Shown: positions 19,006 to 28,617, counted from the stretch's first letter. The stretch: DNA of 33,535 nucleotides from a virus (IMGVR_UViG_3300011335_000264:1-33535), one strand, 5' to 3'. Notes: generated by a model not told the origin, from the letters alone. Translations and numbers: made by a program.

Positions 19006-21648
19006 TTAATTAAAACTGCCTAGTGGCCTACGAGCGGCTTTCTTAGCATACTCTGTTCCATATTCCCAACTTGAACCTGTCCATGTTGGTACTGGATAAT
19101 GTTTAAATGCATCAACTACTGCGCCTGGATTAGTATTGTTTGGATTGTGTTTGGCAATGTAGGCAGCACGAGCCGCATAGATACCATCATATGCTTCATT
19201 GGCACGCTTTTCTTGACTAGCCCATGCTTTGTTTAACGCATCTGTTTTACGGATCTCAGGATTGTTACTACGGAAATCATTCTTAGCAATGCTCTTATCT
19301 TTTTCAAACTGATCTCTAGTCATCAATGTCAATCCAGAATACAATGGTTGACGAGCAATGTCCACATTGGCTTCTCTGTTGGCTTTTTGTTCTGCATCAC
19401 TAACTGCACCCGGACCAGCATTGGCTCGCAATGTCAAAGGAGCAATTTGATTGTTCAAACCAATCTGTGTATACAATACATCCTTTTGACGCGGTGTTAA
19501 ATTCAATGCCGCAACACGAGTTGATAAGTCTGCTTGATCCTTAAACTGTCCTGTGATTAAGTCACGCATAATGTTGCCAACTTCACCGCCTTGACTGCCT
19601 GACAATAAGCCAGCAATTTCAGGATTGTTTAGAATACCTTCTGGACCATTGACTTGTTCTCTGCGAACACGACTAATTGTTTTACTTGCGTCTGCTTTTG
19701 GCTGTATTTCTTTTTCAATGTATTCATTGTAACGCTTTTGTTCATCAACACTAACAGCACCAGCACTTTCACGTGCTAATTTTTGTTGTGCTTCTTGTTG
19801 TTTCATTGCTTCTGGAGTTATACGTCCAGTTACACTTGTACCTGGAGCAACTGGTGCTAATGGTGCAGGTGCTTGTCCTGCTATTGGAGTAGGAGCAATA
19901 GGAGCAGCAGGTGCTTGACCTTGTGCTGGTGTTGGTGCTTGTGCTGGTGTTGGTGCTGTCTGTGCTCTACTAATGTCAGGACGATCAACACCCATGGCAC
20001 TTAGTTCAGCGTCTGTTAAATCTGGCTCACCACGATTAATAGCGGCTTGTCTAAATTCAGCAACTGCTTTAAGTTTACTATCGTAGTCAAGTTTTCTAAT
20101 GCTGTTGGCAAAACTTGTAGCATCATTTTCTCTACGATAACCTTGTTTTTGTTCTGCGGCTTTCTCACCAGCAATATCACGAACGCGAGTTAACTTAGTC
20201 GGATCGCCTTTGTATACTTCACCAGTAACAATGTTCTTAGTAACCAATCTGCCTTTGTCATCTGCTTGACTACGATAGATATTACCTTCTTTGTCTTGAA
20301 ACTGTTCGGCACTGGTACTTACTTTACCAGTGCCGGTACCCTGACCAATGGCATTTACTAATTCTTCTGAACTTAACTTCTTACCTGTTGACGCACTATA
20401 GCCATCTAATGGTGTGCCGTTTGAACTTACTTTAACAATGTATGCTTTACCATCACTGCCGGTGACAATCTTCTCTGTGCCAATGCCTAACTTAGCACCT
20501 TCTTCTTGTGCCAATGCTTTTGCACCTATGGCAGCATAAAAGATTGCTTTGAGCCAACTACCACCTGTGGTCTTTTCACGCATGTATTTGGCTAAGTCAC
20601 TGGGAGAGGCTGATGCTAATTTTTCCTGTGCATCTTTCATATCACGCTGTTGTGTGATAATGTCTGCGGCACGGTTGCGACTGCGTTCTTTCATCCAATC
20701 AGGAGTATCTTCTGCTGTGCTTAACTGCATCAATGCCTGTGGATCATTTTGATTAGTTGTATAGTTGTCAACGTGCTTGTCTAACTTTGCTTGTTGCTCG
20801 CTGTATATTGGATTACCAAATGCATCAAAACTGTTTGTCTTTTGTTCTGGAGCAGGCTCTGGTTGTGCCTGTGGAGCAAACTGTTGTAGTTGTTGATCTT
20901 GTTGCCCTGCTTGTTCTGGACTTATTGGTCCCATTTGTGGACGTTCAGTGGGCATACCACCTTGTTCACCAGGCATTAAATTTGCGGCACCACTGGCTGG
21001 CGCAGCCTGTCCACCTAGTCTTTGATTTACAATACGACGAACATTTTCAATACCACCATTGGCACGGGCTGCCGCTTCTGATATTTCTCCAGTCTTAAGA
21101 TAATCACTAAGACCTTTAGCACCTAAGAAATGTGCTGCCGCTAGTGTATTAGCATTTGGCTCAACACCATATGCTTGTAAATATTTTGCGTTCTGTTGAG
21201 TGTAAGCATCTTGTGCCGCTGTTTGTTGTTCAGGCGTGGCTTGTGTAATGTCTGCAGGTAAGTTAGGATTTAATTTACGAGCATCTTCATAGCCAGCACT
21301 AGTCATACCATATGTGCCATATGCTGAGCCTTTACTTCTGTCATGATAACCAATGTCAGGACGAGCACCTGATTCTTGACGTGCTATGTTAGCATTGTAA
21401 TCTGGGCTTACTGGACCAGCAGGTATTTCTTTAGTAGTCTTTACTGTACGACTACCATCTCCATATTCTGTTACTTCTTGTTTGTGACTTACTTGGCTGG
21501 CAAGTTCATCTGCTTTACGCTGTTCTGCTTCAAGTTGGCGTTTAAGTTCTTCTTTTCTGCGATCTTCTTCTTCAAAGTCATAAGGACTTACTGGCTGACT
21601 ATAACTGTCATCATAACCTGCGTAATTACCCATTTCATCATATGCCAT
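19006..21648 (-). CDS. large ejection protein with lytic transglycosylase/lysozyme-like domain
   Basis: IARQESG...SAYGTYGM...AAHFLGAKG muralytic motifs; A/Q/P-rich helical body. Confidence 0.8.
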   Translation of the reverse strand: MAYDEMGNYAGYDDSYSQPVSPYDFEEEDRRKEELKRQLEAEQRKADELASQVSHKQEVTEYGDGSRTVKTTKEIPAGPVSPDYNANIARQESGARPDIGYHDRSKGSAYGTYGMTSAGYEDARKLNPNLPADITQATPEQQTAAQDAYTQQNAKYLQAYGVEPNANTLAAAHFLGAKGLSDYLKTGEISEAAARANGGIENVRRIVNQRLGGQAAPASGAANLMPGEQGGMPTERPQMGPISPEQAGQQDQQLQQFAPQAQPEPAPEQKTNSFDAFGNPIYSEQQAKLDKHVDNYTTNQNDPQALMQLSTAEDTPDWMKERSRNRAADIITQQRDMKDAQEKLASASPSDLAKYMREKTTGGSWLKAIFYAAIGAKALAQEEGAKLGIGTEKIVTGSDGKAYIVKVSSNGTPLDGYSASTGKKLSSEELVNAIGQGTGTGKVSTSAEQFQDKEGNIYRSQADDKGRLVTKNIVTGEVYKGDPTKLTRVRDIAGEKAAEQKQGYRRENDATSFANSIRKLDYDSKLKAVAEFRQAAINRGEPDLTDAELSAMGVDRPDISRAQTAPTPAQAPTPAQGQAPAAPIAPTPIAGQAPAPLAPVAPGTSVTGRITPEAMKQQEAQQKLARESAGAVSVDEQKRYNEYIEKEIQPKADASKTISRVRREQVNGPEGILNNPEIAGLLSGSQGGEVGNIMRDLITGQFKDQADLSTRVAALNLTPRQKDVLYTQIGLNNQIAPLTLRANAGPGAVSDAEQKANREANVDIARQPLYSGLTLMTRDQFEKDKSIAKNDFRSNNPEIRKTDALNKAWASQEKRANEAYDGIYAARAAYIAKHNPNNTNPGAVVDAFKHYPVPTWTGSSWEYGTEYAKKAARRPLGSFN

Positions 21649-21658
21649 TTTTCATTCC

Positions 21659-22417
21659 TTATAGTTTTCCAATGATACCACCAATAAGATCTAATGGACT
21701 CTTACTTGAACTAGTAGTTGAACTTTGTTGTCCTGGATATTGTGGAGTATATAACTGTTGCGGCACTAAACCTAACTGCTTGCCATAAGTTGTTTGCCAA
21801 TCCATAGGACGCTCTGCGGCACCTAACTTTGTGCCCATGGCATTTAGACCTTGACCTAAATAGTTTCCACCAAGTTGTCCTAGACTTTGTCCTGCTTGTA
21901 GTCTTTGGTTGTTCAAGTTATTCATTACTTGTGCGGCTGCCTGCATCTGTGCGCCTTGTGTAGCACCTGCTAGTTGTTGTCCTGCTAATGCTTGACGTGC
22001 TGAACCTAAGTTGCCTGCTCCACCAAACTGTGCGCCTTGATTGGCTAAGTTCTGTTGATATTGTCCTTGTATCGGTGCCATTGCGGCTGCAAATTGTTCT
22101 TGTCCATACTTAGGATCAAAAAACTGACTAAGTCCACTGATACCTGTTCTAGCGGCACTCTCACCTGTTTCACCTAAGGTCTGTCCAACTTGTCCAGCAT
22201 AGCCACTAAGTCCTTGTGCAGCCTTGTTCATACCTGGCAATGATTGTTCATAGCCTGCTTGCGCTTGCTTCATGTAGTTTTGATAAGCCGGCATCATTGT
22301 GTCGGTTTTGAACTTGTTAGTTTCTTGAATATCTTTTATTTGTTCAGGTAGATAGTTAACACTAGTTTCTTTTTTGTCACTAGTTAAGCCACTGAATAAA
22401 TCACTTATGAATCCCAT
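21659..22417 (-). CDS. DNA pilot / ejection protein
   Basis: G/Q/A-rich with AGNLGSARQALA and amphipathic termini. Confidence 0.65.
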   Translation of the reverse strand: MGFISDLFSGLTSDKKETSVNYLPEQIKDIQETNKFKTDTMMPAYQNYMKQAQAGYEQSLPGMNKAAQGLSGYAGQVGQTLGETGESAARTGISGLSQFFDPKYGQEQFAAAMAPIQGQYQQNLANQGAQFGGAGNLGSARQALAGQQLAGATQGAQMQAAAQVMNNLNNQRLQAGQSLGQLGGNYLGQGLNAMGTKLGAAERPMDWQTTYGKQLGLVPQQLYTPQYPGQQSSTTSSSKSPLDLIGGIIGKL

Positions 22418-22438
22418 AATAATTTTCCTTTAATCTTA

Positions 22439-22444
22439 TATTTA
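22439..22444 (-). promoter_or_regulatory. TAAATA late-type promoter element
   Basis: gcTAAATA upstream of the AAGGA RBS in a 32-nt gap. Confidence 0.6.
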
Positions 22445-22449
22445 GCAGT

Positions 22450-23460
22450 TTAAACTAAGCCCTTGCTGGCTAAGAACTTTTTAGCCGCTTCAGGATCTAA
22501 CATTGACACATATGCTTGCTCTGCAGGCGATAAACTACTTGTGTTAGGAGTGCCTTGTAGAACACTCATTGCTTGTTGCATAGTCATTGGCTGACCAAAT
22601 GTTTGTAAACCCCATGCTGTTTTAGGAGCATCAGGAACATCATTCCATGCCTTAGCATTAAATGTGTCTCCAGTTTGTAATGCACGGTCGCCCCAGAAGA
22701 ACTTACTTTGTGCATCATTGGTTGTCTTATAGAATGGTGTAGTTTCAATCATACCTGGATTCAAATACTTGCCGCCACCTGTTACAGGTTTGACAGGAGT
22801 TATTGGAGGAGTTACAGGAGGAGTTACAGGTACTATTGGTCCTGGAATTATAGGATCGTTTGGTCCACCGGCATCACCGCCTCCGCCATCTCCTGTATCA
22901 CCAGTATCATCTCCTGTGTCATCTCCGGTGTCATCACCAGTATCATCACCAGTATCGTCGCCTGTGTCATCTCCTGTATCATCTCCAGTATCATCTCCAG
23001 TATCATCTCCAGTATCATCTCCAGTATCATCTCCAGTATCGTCGCCTGTGTCATCTCCGGTATCACCAGTATCGTCGCCTGTGTCGCCTGTGTCGCCTGT
23101 GTCGCCAGTGTCGCCAGTATCGCCAGTATCGCCAGTATCGCCAGTATCACCTCCGGCATCTCCTGCATCACCGCCCACACCACCTGCATCTCCACCAGCA
23201 TCACCACCAGCATCACCACCTGCATCACCACCAGCGTCACCTCCGCCGTCGCCACCACCATCATCAAATTCCATTAAACCTGTGTAAGGATTGACTGCAC
23301 CACTGCCGCCATGTTGTTTAAGTAATTTGGCTTCTTCGTTGTTAATATGGGCTACAATGGTATCATCTCCACGGCCATGACGAGCAAGTTCTTTGGCTAA
23401 GCGTGCCAAATCAGCATCACTTAATGTGCTGAAATCTATGTGGGAGTTTTTCTTTTTCAT
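22450..23460 (-). CDS. virion/ejection-associated protein with a Gly-Asp-Thr tandem repeat
   Basis: N-terminal GRGDDTIVAHIN...GGSGAVNPYTGLMEF domain, then GGDA/GDT/GDDT repeats and a Pro-rich linker. Confidence 0.75.
   Translation of the reverse strand: MKKKNSHIDFSTLSDADLARLAKELARHGRGDDTIVAHINNEEAKLLKQHGGSGAVNPYTGLMEFDDGGGDGGGDAGGDAGGDAGGDAGGDAGGVGGDAGDAGGDTGDTGDTGDTGDTGDTGDTGDTGDDTGDTGDDTGDDTGDDTGDDTGDDTGDDTGDDTGDDTGDDTGDDTGDDTGDDTGDDTGDTGDGGGGDAGGPNDPIIPGPIVPVTPPVTPPITPVKPVTGGGKYLNPGMIETTPFYKTTNDAQSKFFWGDRALQTGDTFNAKAWNDVPDAPKTAWGLQTFGQPMTMQQAMSVLQGTPNTSSLSPAEQAYVSMLDPEAAKKFLASKGLV
22892..23260. repeat. coding tandem repeats (12-nt and 9-nt units)
   Basis: 13 consecutive 12-mers (CCNGTRTCRTCN) at 22901-23056, 8 9-mers at 23078-23149, then GGDA-encoding 12-mers. 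Confidence 0.95.
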
Positions 23461-23485
23461 AACTGGAGGTTCCTGTTTAATTTAA

Positions 23486-23491
23486 TATTTA
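23486..23491 (-). promoter_or_regulatory. TAAATA late-type promoter element
   Basis: gcaTAAATA in the intergenic gap upstream of the 336-aa gene. Confidence 0.6.
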
Positions 23492-23505
23492 TGCTAACGT
23501 ATTTG

Positions 23506-24156
23506 TCAATAGTAAGCGCCGAAGTCTGGCTCACGTTTGAACTTCTCAACATAGGCTTTCCAACCCATGGCAAAGTCTTCGCAGGTAAACAAACTGATTA
23601 GTTCTTTTTGTTTAACATAGGCTTCTGGATGTGTGGCCTGCGTTTTATTAATCAACGTTGCGTATTGACCTGCTATTGGCAAGCCAAATGCTTCTAATGT
23701 TTTAGCCGCTGTTTTTAGCGTGTTTTGACTGCCTGCTACATCATCTACTAACAATATTGGTTGTCCTGTAGCACGGCCTTCTGTAAAGTTTAACAAGCCA
23801 TATACCTTACGTGCTTTCTTTAAACTGATCATTGGTGTGCCTAAGATTGTAGCCATTGCTAGTCCTAGAGGAACTCCGGCATCTTCACAGGCTCCTATCT
23901 GTACATTCTTGTCTGGCAGTTTATTAACTAATAACTCTGCGGCTGTGAACACAAACTTAGGATCAAACATACAACGACGCAGATATATCTGCCATCCATA
24001 ACTTGTGTTTGGTCTCTTGCCTGGTATCTTTCTACCATTTGGTGCTACTCTATATACAGCACGATGTTCTATTTCATCGCGTAAGTATTCCCATTTGGCA
24101 TCTCTGGTTGCCTGTTCTAACTCTATTTGTAATGTTTGTATTTTATTACTATTCAT
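23506..24156 (-). CDS. type I phosphoribosyltransferase (orotate PRTase-like)
   Basis: PRPP-binding loop ILLVDDVAGSQNTL, GACEDAGVPL, and KKARKVYG flexible loop. Confidence 0.8.
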   Translation of the reverse strand: MNSNKIQTLQIELEQATRDAKWEYLRDEIEHRAVYRVAPNGRKIPGKRPNTSYGWQIYLRRCMFDPKFVFTAAELLVNKLPDKNVQIGACEDAGVPLGLAMATILGTPMISLKKARKVYGLLNFTEGRATGQPILLVDDVAGSQNTLKTAAKTLEAFGLPIAGQYATLINKTQATHPEAYVKQKELISLFTCEDFAMGWKAYVEKFKREPDFGAYY

Positions 24157-24172
24157 TTCTTTTCCTTTTCTT

Positions 24173-25336
24173 TTATTGTTTAACTACTTGAACGCTCATT
24201 GATCTCAATCCTAGATCACATTGTGTGACTTGTAATGCTCCGCCAGTGTTAGTTACTTTGAACAGCAAGTCTATTCTATATAGGTAAGCACCACTCTGTG
24301 GTTGATCAATGACTGTGCCAAAGATTGCTTCTTGTATTGGATAACTACTGCCTGCTGTTATTGGCACGGCAGCATAGAACGCTACTTTCTGTGCTATTGT
24401 TTTATCAAAGTTATACACAATGGTATTATTGTAAGCACCTACAGTGGGTATGTCACCTTTGTATCTATTAACCATTACAGTATATTCAAAGTCGCTGACA
24501 GCGGTGCTAAAGTAATACAGTATGGCATTCATTTGTGCGCTGATGAATACTCTATCCTGTGCGCCATTTACAGTTACAGAACCTCTGGCATCTGTTGCGT
24601 TAAAGTTTAAACTTTGAACAAAGGTTGGGCTAACACCTGCGGCTGGAGGTTGAATAGTATTGGTATATGTTATTGAGCCGCCAGCACCTGTGCCAGTGTT
24701 TGCTGTAATAGCAGTTCTTCTTAATACTACATAAGTTGTAGTACATTCAACAACACCTGGACTTTGATATAAACCATTGTATCTAGTTGAACCTGCTACA
24801 AGTGGAGTCATACCTGGTTCAAAAGGTACTGTGGGCTGTGCTGTGGCAAAGTTTATTTGAACTGTGTATTCATCAATCCAGTCAATAGTGCTTATGGTTA
24901 TTGGTGCAACATACAATGCTATTGGAGCATAAGCATTAAACGTAACAACGCCACTTACTGGTCCTGTGTTAGCCAATGATAAAGTTATTTCAGTGCCATT
25001 AACATAAACAACTGTGGCACCTGTGGCTATGTTTAATCCACTAGCATACATGCCTACCTGCACTTTAAGAGGAGTTACTTGAACACCATTGCTGACAGTT
25101 AGTCCTCCAGGTTGATCTAATGTAATAGTAAACTTACCACTACCGCCCACTGCTTGACTGAACTGTGGAGTTCTTGTTGGAGGACTTCTACTATTACCTG
25201 TTAGCCAACCTGCTGTAAATTGATTACTGCCTGAGAAGTTTTGTCCTAGTCCTGATGGTCCACTGAGCAAATAGTTAATTGCTTCAACGACACCTTCACT
25301 GTCTCTTGGATTGTAGTCTACTGGGAACTGTGCCAT
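24173..25336 (-). CDS. tail-associated structural protein with inserted beta-rich domains
   Basis: Directly follows the nozzle gene; T/G/V-rich; shares modules with the adaptor and nozzle. Confidence 0.65.
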   Translation of the reverse strand: MAQFPVDYNPRDSEGVVEAINYLLSGPSGLGQNFSGSNQFTAGWLTGNSRSPPTRTPQFSQAVGGSGKFTITLDQPGGLTVSNGVQVTPLKVQVGMYASGLNIATGATVVYVNGTEITLSLANTGPVSGVVTFNAYAPIALYVAPITISTIDWIDEYTVQINFATAQPTVPFEPGMTPLVAGSTRYNGLYQSPGVVECTTTYVVLRRTAITANTGTGAGGSITYTNTIQPPAAGVSPTFVQSLNFNATDARGSVTVNGAQDRVFISAQMNAILYYFSTAVSDFEYTVMVNRYKGDIPTVGAYNNTIVYNFDKTIAQKVAFYAAVPITAGSSYPIQEAIFGTVIDQPQSGAYLYRIDLLFKVTNTGGALQVTQCDLGLRSMSVQVVKQ

Positions 25337-25339
25337 ATC

Positions 25340-28039
25340 TTACCTATCATCTTCCGTTTGCATGTATTGCCATGTTGCCGCTGAACATATCCAAATGTTT
25401 TCGTGACTGGTATTACTAATCTCAATGTTGTTTACACGATAACTGTTTTGTTTTGTCTGCACCCAAGGATAATCCGTTGTGGTTGTTATTGTTACTTCAG
25501 CAGTGGGAGTGTTTACAATGCTGACTGGTATGGCACCCACTGAGTTTGCACCTTCCATCTTCAATGTCACTGTACCAACTAGGCTAGTTTGTGTTGCTGG
25601 ATTAACCTGCAGTTCACTGTCCGCTATATTGTTAACTTCTGGCAGCATACGATGAATCATCATCTTACCTGAGTAGTTAGGCAATAGTTTAACATTGTCT
25701 CGTCTAAACACTGACGCAATGTTGCCATTTGGATTTGCTGTTGAGGTTAGGAAAGCATAGCCTTGATCCTTTTCAACAACTTTCTTGTCTGCACTACCCT
25801 GTGCGTAGATAACTGTTCTTGATCCTTTGTTATATTGCCATAAACCATTAGTGTCTAAATAACGCACAGGACTTTCACAAGCACTTGTGGCTAATGTAAC
25901 ATCACGGGGTGCGTTCCAACAGTCTAGGTCATAACGATAACTCAGCATCTTATTTGGGCAACCATTGGGGTTTGTTGCAACGTCAAAGTCTGTGCTTGTA
26001 TAGTATATTTCAATTTGATTCTTTTGACTATTGATCTCCATGTGAACTTGGTTAACGTGATCAGGATCTAATTGATCATAGAACCAATTCTTAACACGCT
26101 GGTTGCCTAGTCCTGTGAACTGTGTGCCATCAAAGACCCATATATCTCTAGCATCAATACCATAGATCATTTTGTCTGTGTTAACAAAACAGTTTGAAGT
26201 TAACAATCCTCGGCCTTGGTTAAACAAGCGCACACCTAATATTGGTGCTGATGTCGTTGAATAGTTGATGGGACTGAACACAACTGTGTCCCAATAACTA
26301 CATAGAAAGAACTGTCCATTGCTGGGGAAACCATCAACTGCTTCACCACGTAAAGGAACTTCAAGTTGGTTGGCCACGTTGGTAATGGTTGGTGTCCATG
26401 TTATAGGTGCTTCATTAAGTCCAAAGTTTTGACTCCATTGTACTGTTACAGGATTATAAATTTTATTGCCTGCTGTGTCAGTGGCAACTAAGTTACCTGC
26501 TACTAGAATACTACCTACGTTAGGAGTATTGTATAAGCGCATGAACTTGGCATACACTGAACTCCACAGTGGATTATAGTTCCACGAATACTTAGGAGCA
26601 ACAATACCAATACTGTTGCCTGGATAAACAGCGTTAGGACTGGCTGTGTAATTACAAGTTGACGTAGTGCAACTTACCACTACGAACTCACCATTGAAGT
26701 AATCATTGACAGCACTGATAACAATAGTTTCTCCTGCGGCAAATGGCGGAGTTGTTTGCGTAACGTCAAATCTTAGTTGTTGAGTTGTGCTGTTAACATA
26801 GGTAATTGTTGATATGCCAAGCGGCACTTTATTACTATACATAGTCATCTTTGGTAAAGGATCACTGACTGTGCCTGCAACTGTTTGTGGTCCTGCTGTT
26901 GATCCTGCATAACTCACTGATGTCTGTGTGCTGCCTGTAACTGTGAATGTTCCATTAAAGCCTAGAGGCACTACATCACGAACTACTATTGTTTGTCCAA
27001 CTACAAATGGCACAATGTTAAATGTTAAACCTGTTGGTGTGCCTGTTGTAGTTGTTATGGCTGGTCCACCTAGACTAGCACTTAATTGAAACGTTGTACT
27101 TCCATTTGTTGCTATAATATAACCTGTGCTAGGATTAGTATAGCCTACAATGCTGGGACCTGCTATGCTGTATGTCAGTCCTGTTGGTGTGCCTGCTGTG
27201 GTTACAATGGCTGAACCTGAACTGTTAACTAATGTAAATGTTGTTGATCCATTTGTTGCACTTACCAAATATGTTGTAGGATTGACATAGCCTACGATTG
27301 TTCCAGTGCCACCTAGTGTTCCTGATATGGTTAAACTCTGTCCCACAGTAATAGTTTGACTGGCTGCTGAACATGTAAACTGTCCTGCTATGCCTGATAT
27401 TGCTACACCACTTAGAGTAAAAGGACCATTAGTCAACGTGCCTGATACTATTACTTGTTGATTTAACTGTAAGTTCTGTCCACTTGTGTAAGCAAACTGC
27501 CCTGTGGCACTGGTAATGCTTACACCAGTTAATGCAGGTTGTGCTGAAAAGGTTATTGTGCTTGTGCCTGCGGCACTGGTAGCAGTGGCAGTGGTAATTG
27601 TTGTTGAGTTCGCTGTGGTTACTTCAGGCCAAAACATTGGAGGATTCTGTTCATCATTGAAGAACGGTACTGTGCCGTTCCATGCTTCTGTGATGTTCTG
27701 CGTTTGTGTATAAGTGCCAACACCGCCTGAGGGAGTAATATCAAACCATGCTCCACCACTACTTGCATACCAATATCCTTCATCCGTGGCTGCTATAGTC
27801 CAGAACTTTTCATCCTGTCTAAAGCCACCTGAGATATATGTAGGAGTTCCTGGAATAGTACTTTGAAGAATAAGTTTATCACCTGACACACTTCTAATGC
27901 CTCTAACATCTGTTTCTACGTTTGCACCAAAGTTATATTCATTGGCGCCCAATGCGGCACTGGGAACGTCAGGCGTATAACTCATCTTAGTGAATGGTAC
28001 TCTTGTTTCGTTAAGGGGATTGTTAATTTGTTTTGGCAT
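25340..28039 (-). CDS. tail nozzle / stabilisation protein (P22 gp10 or tubular B-like) with inserted domains
   Basis: Propeller-like motifs (TVQWSQ, RGLL, IWVFDGTQF, VKNWFYD, MLSYRYDLDCW); size and position. Confidence 0.75.
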   Translation of the reverse strand: MPKQINNPLNETRVPFTKMSYTPDVPSAALGANEYNFGANVETDVRGIRSVSGDKLILQSTIPGTPTYISGGFRQDEKFWTIAATDEGYWYASSGGAWFDITPSGGVGTYTQTQNITEAWNGTVPFFNDEQNPPMFWPEVTTANSTTITTATATSAAGTSTITFSAQPALTGVSITSATGQFAYTSGQNLQLNQQVIVSGTLTNGPFTLSGVAISGIAGQFTCSAASQTITVGQSLTISGTLGGTGTIVGYVNPTTYLVSATNGSTTFTLVNSSGSAIVTTAGTPTGLTYSIAGPSIVGYTNPSTGYIIATNGSTTFQLSASLGGPAITTTTGTPTGLTFNIVPFVVGQTIVVRDVVPLGFNGTFTVTGSTQTSVSYAGSTAGPQTVAGTVSDPLPKMTMYSNKVPLGISTITYVNSTTQQLRFDVTQTTPPFAAGETIVISAVNDYFNGEFVVVSCTTSTCNYTASPNAVYPGNSIGIVAPKYSWNYNPLWSSVYAKFMRLYNTPNVGSILVAGNLVATDTAGNKIYNPVTVQWSQNFGLNEAPITWTPTITNVANQLEVPLRGEAVDGFPSNGQFFLCSYWDTVVFSPINYSTTSAPILGVRLFNQGRGLLTSNCFVNTDKMIYGIDARDIWVFDGTQFTGLGNQRVKNWFYDQLDPDHVNQVHMEINSQKNQIEIYYTSTDFDVATNPNGCPNKMLSYRYDLDCWNAPRDVTLATSACESPVRYLDTNGLWQYNKGSRTVIYAQGSADKKVVEKDQGYAFLTSTANPNGNIASVFRRDNVKLLPNYSGKMMIHRMLPEVNNIADSELQVNPATQTSLVGTVTLKMEGANSVGAIPVSIVNTPTAEVTITTTTDYPWVQTKQNSYRVNNIEISNTSHENIWICSAATWQYMQTEDDR

Positions 28040-28061
28040 TGACTCTTCCAGTTTAATACTA

Positions 28062-28069
28062 TATTTATA
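28062..28069 (-). promoter_or_regulatory. TATAAATA late-type promoter for the tail operon
   Basis: Exact T4 late consensus in the intergenic gap. Confidence 0.7.
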
Positions 28070-28094
28070 CTAAACTAACTTAGGAATTAAGCAC

Positions 28095-28487
28095 TTAAAG
28101 ATAGTAATATTCTGTTGGATATTTTTTCATTCTTCCATAAATTCCTCCAGAAGTTAAACCGTAATGGTTACAGGCATCTTTTACAGTTTTAAAAATACCT
28201 TTAGGGGTATTAACACATTTACTTCTTGCTTCTGTTATATTTTCTCCATGTGTGGCTTTACGCACATTGTCAGGATGATAAGGACCTTGATCTCCATAAC
28301 GAGCCATAACTAATTTATCTTTACCTTTACCTCTATTAACTATATCATCACCCCACCAAGCAAGCCAGGATTCATAAGTAAAATGCCATTCAATATTTCT
28401 ATAGTTTTTTGCTAACCATTTTTGATTTTTATAAGCAAGATAATATTTTTTAGTTTGAGAATCCATATTTAATGCTTTTCTTCCCAT
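28095..28487 (-). CDS. HNH-like homing endonuclease with C-terminal NUMOD1-like HTH
   Basis: RNIEWHFTYESW...MARYGDQGPYHPDNV...EN, then TPKGIFKTVKDAC; start reassigned to the ATG with AAGGA RBS. Confidence 0.7.
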   Translation of the reverse strand: MGRKALNMDSQTKKYYLAYKNQKWLAKNYRNIEWHFTYESWLAWWGDDIVNRGKGKDKLVMARYGDQGPYHPDNVRKATHGENITEARSKCVNTPKGIFKTVKDACNHYGLTSGGIYGRMKKYPTEYYYL

Positions 28488-28543
28488 TTTATTTCCTTTT
28501 GTTAGAACTTGATTTTTTTTCATCATGTGTTCACTTATTAGTT

Positions 28544-28617
28544 TGGCAGGGGGTACAAGAATCGAACTTGTGATCTCGGAATCAAAATCCGATGTTATAC
28601 CATTTAACTAACCCCCA
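28544..28617 (-). tRNA. tRNA-Gln (anticodon TTG)
   Basis: Cloverleaf: acceptor TGGGGGT/ACCCCCT, anticodon arm TCGGA-TTTTGAT-TCCGA, T arm ACAAG-TTCGATT-CTTGT, encoded CCA; 74 nt. Confidence 0.95.

Noticed and set aside
22892-23260. Possible CRISPR array
   Set aside because: Contiguous 9- and 12-nt units without unique spacers, and no cas genes.
22708-23294. Overlapping ORFs (SIIS, PVSS, HLQY and MILE repeats) in other frames
   Set aside because: By-products of the stop-free tandem repeat. Only the Gly-Asp-Thr frame has a promoter element and non-repetitive flanking domains, and third-position variation fits that frame.
28544-28617. tRNA as prophage attachment site
   Set aside because: No integrase, no duplicated tRNA 3' end and no host genes; both flanks are phage-like.
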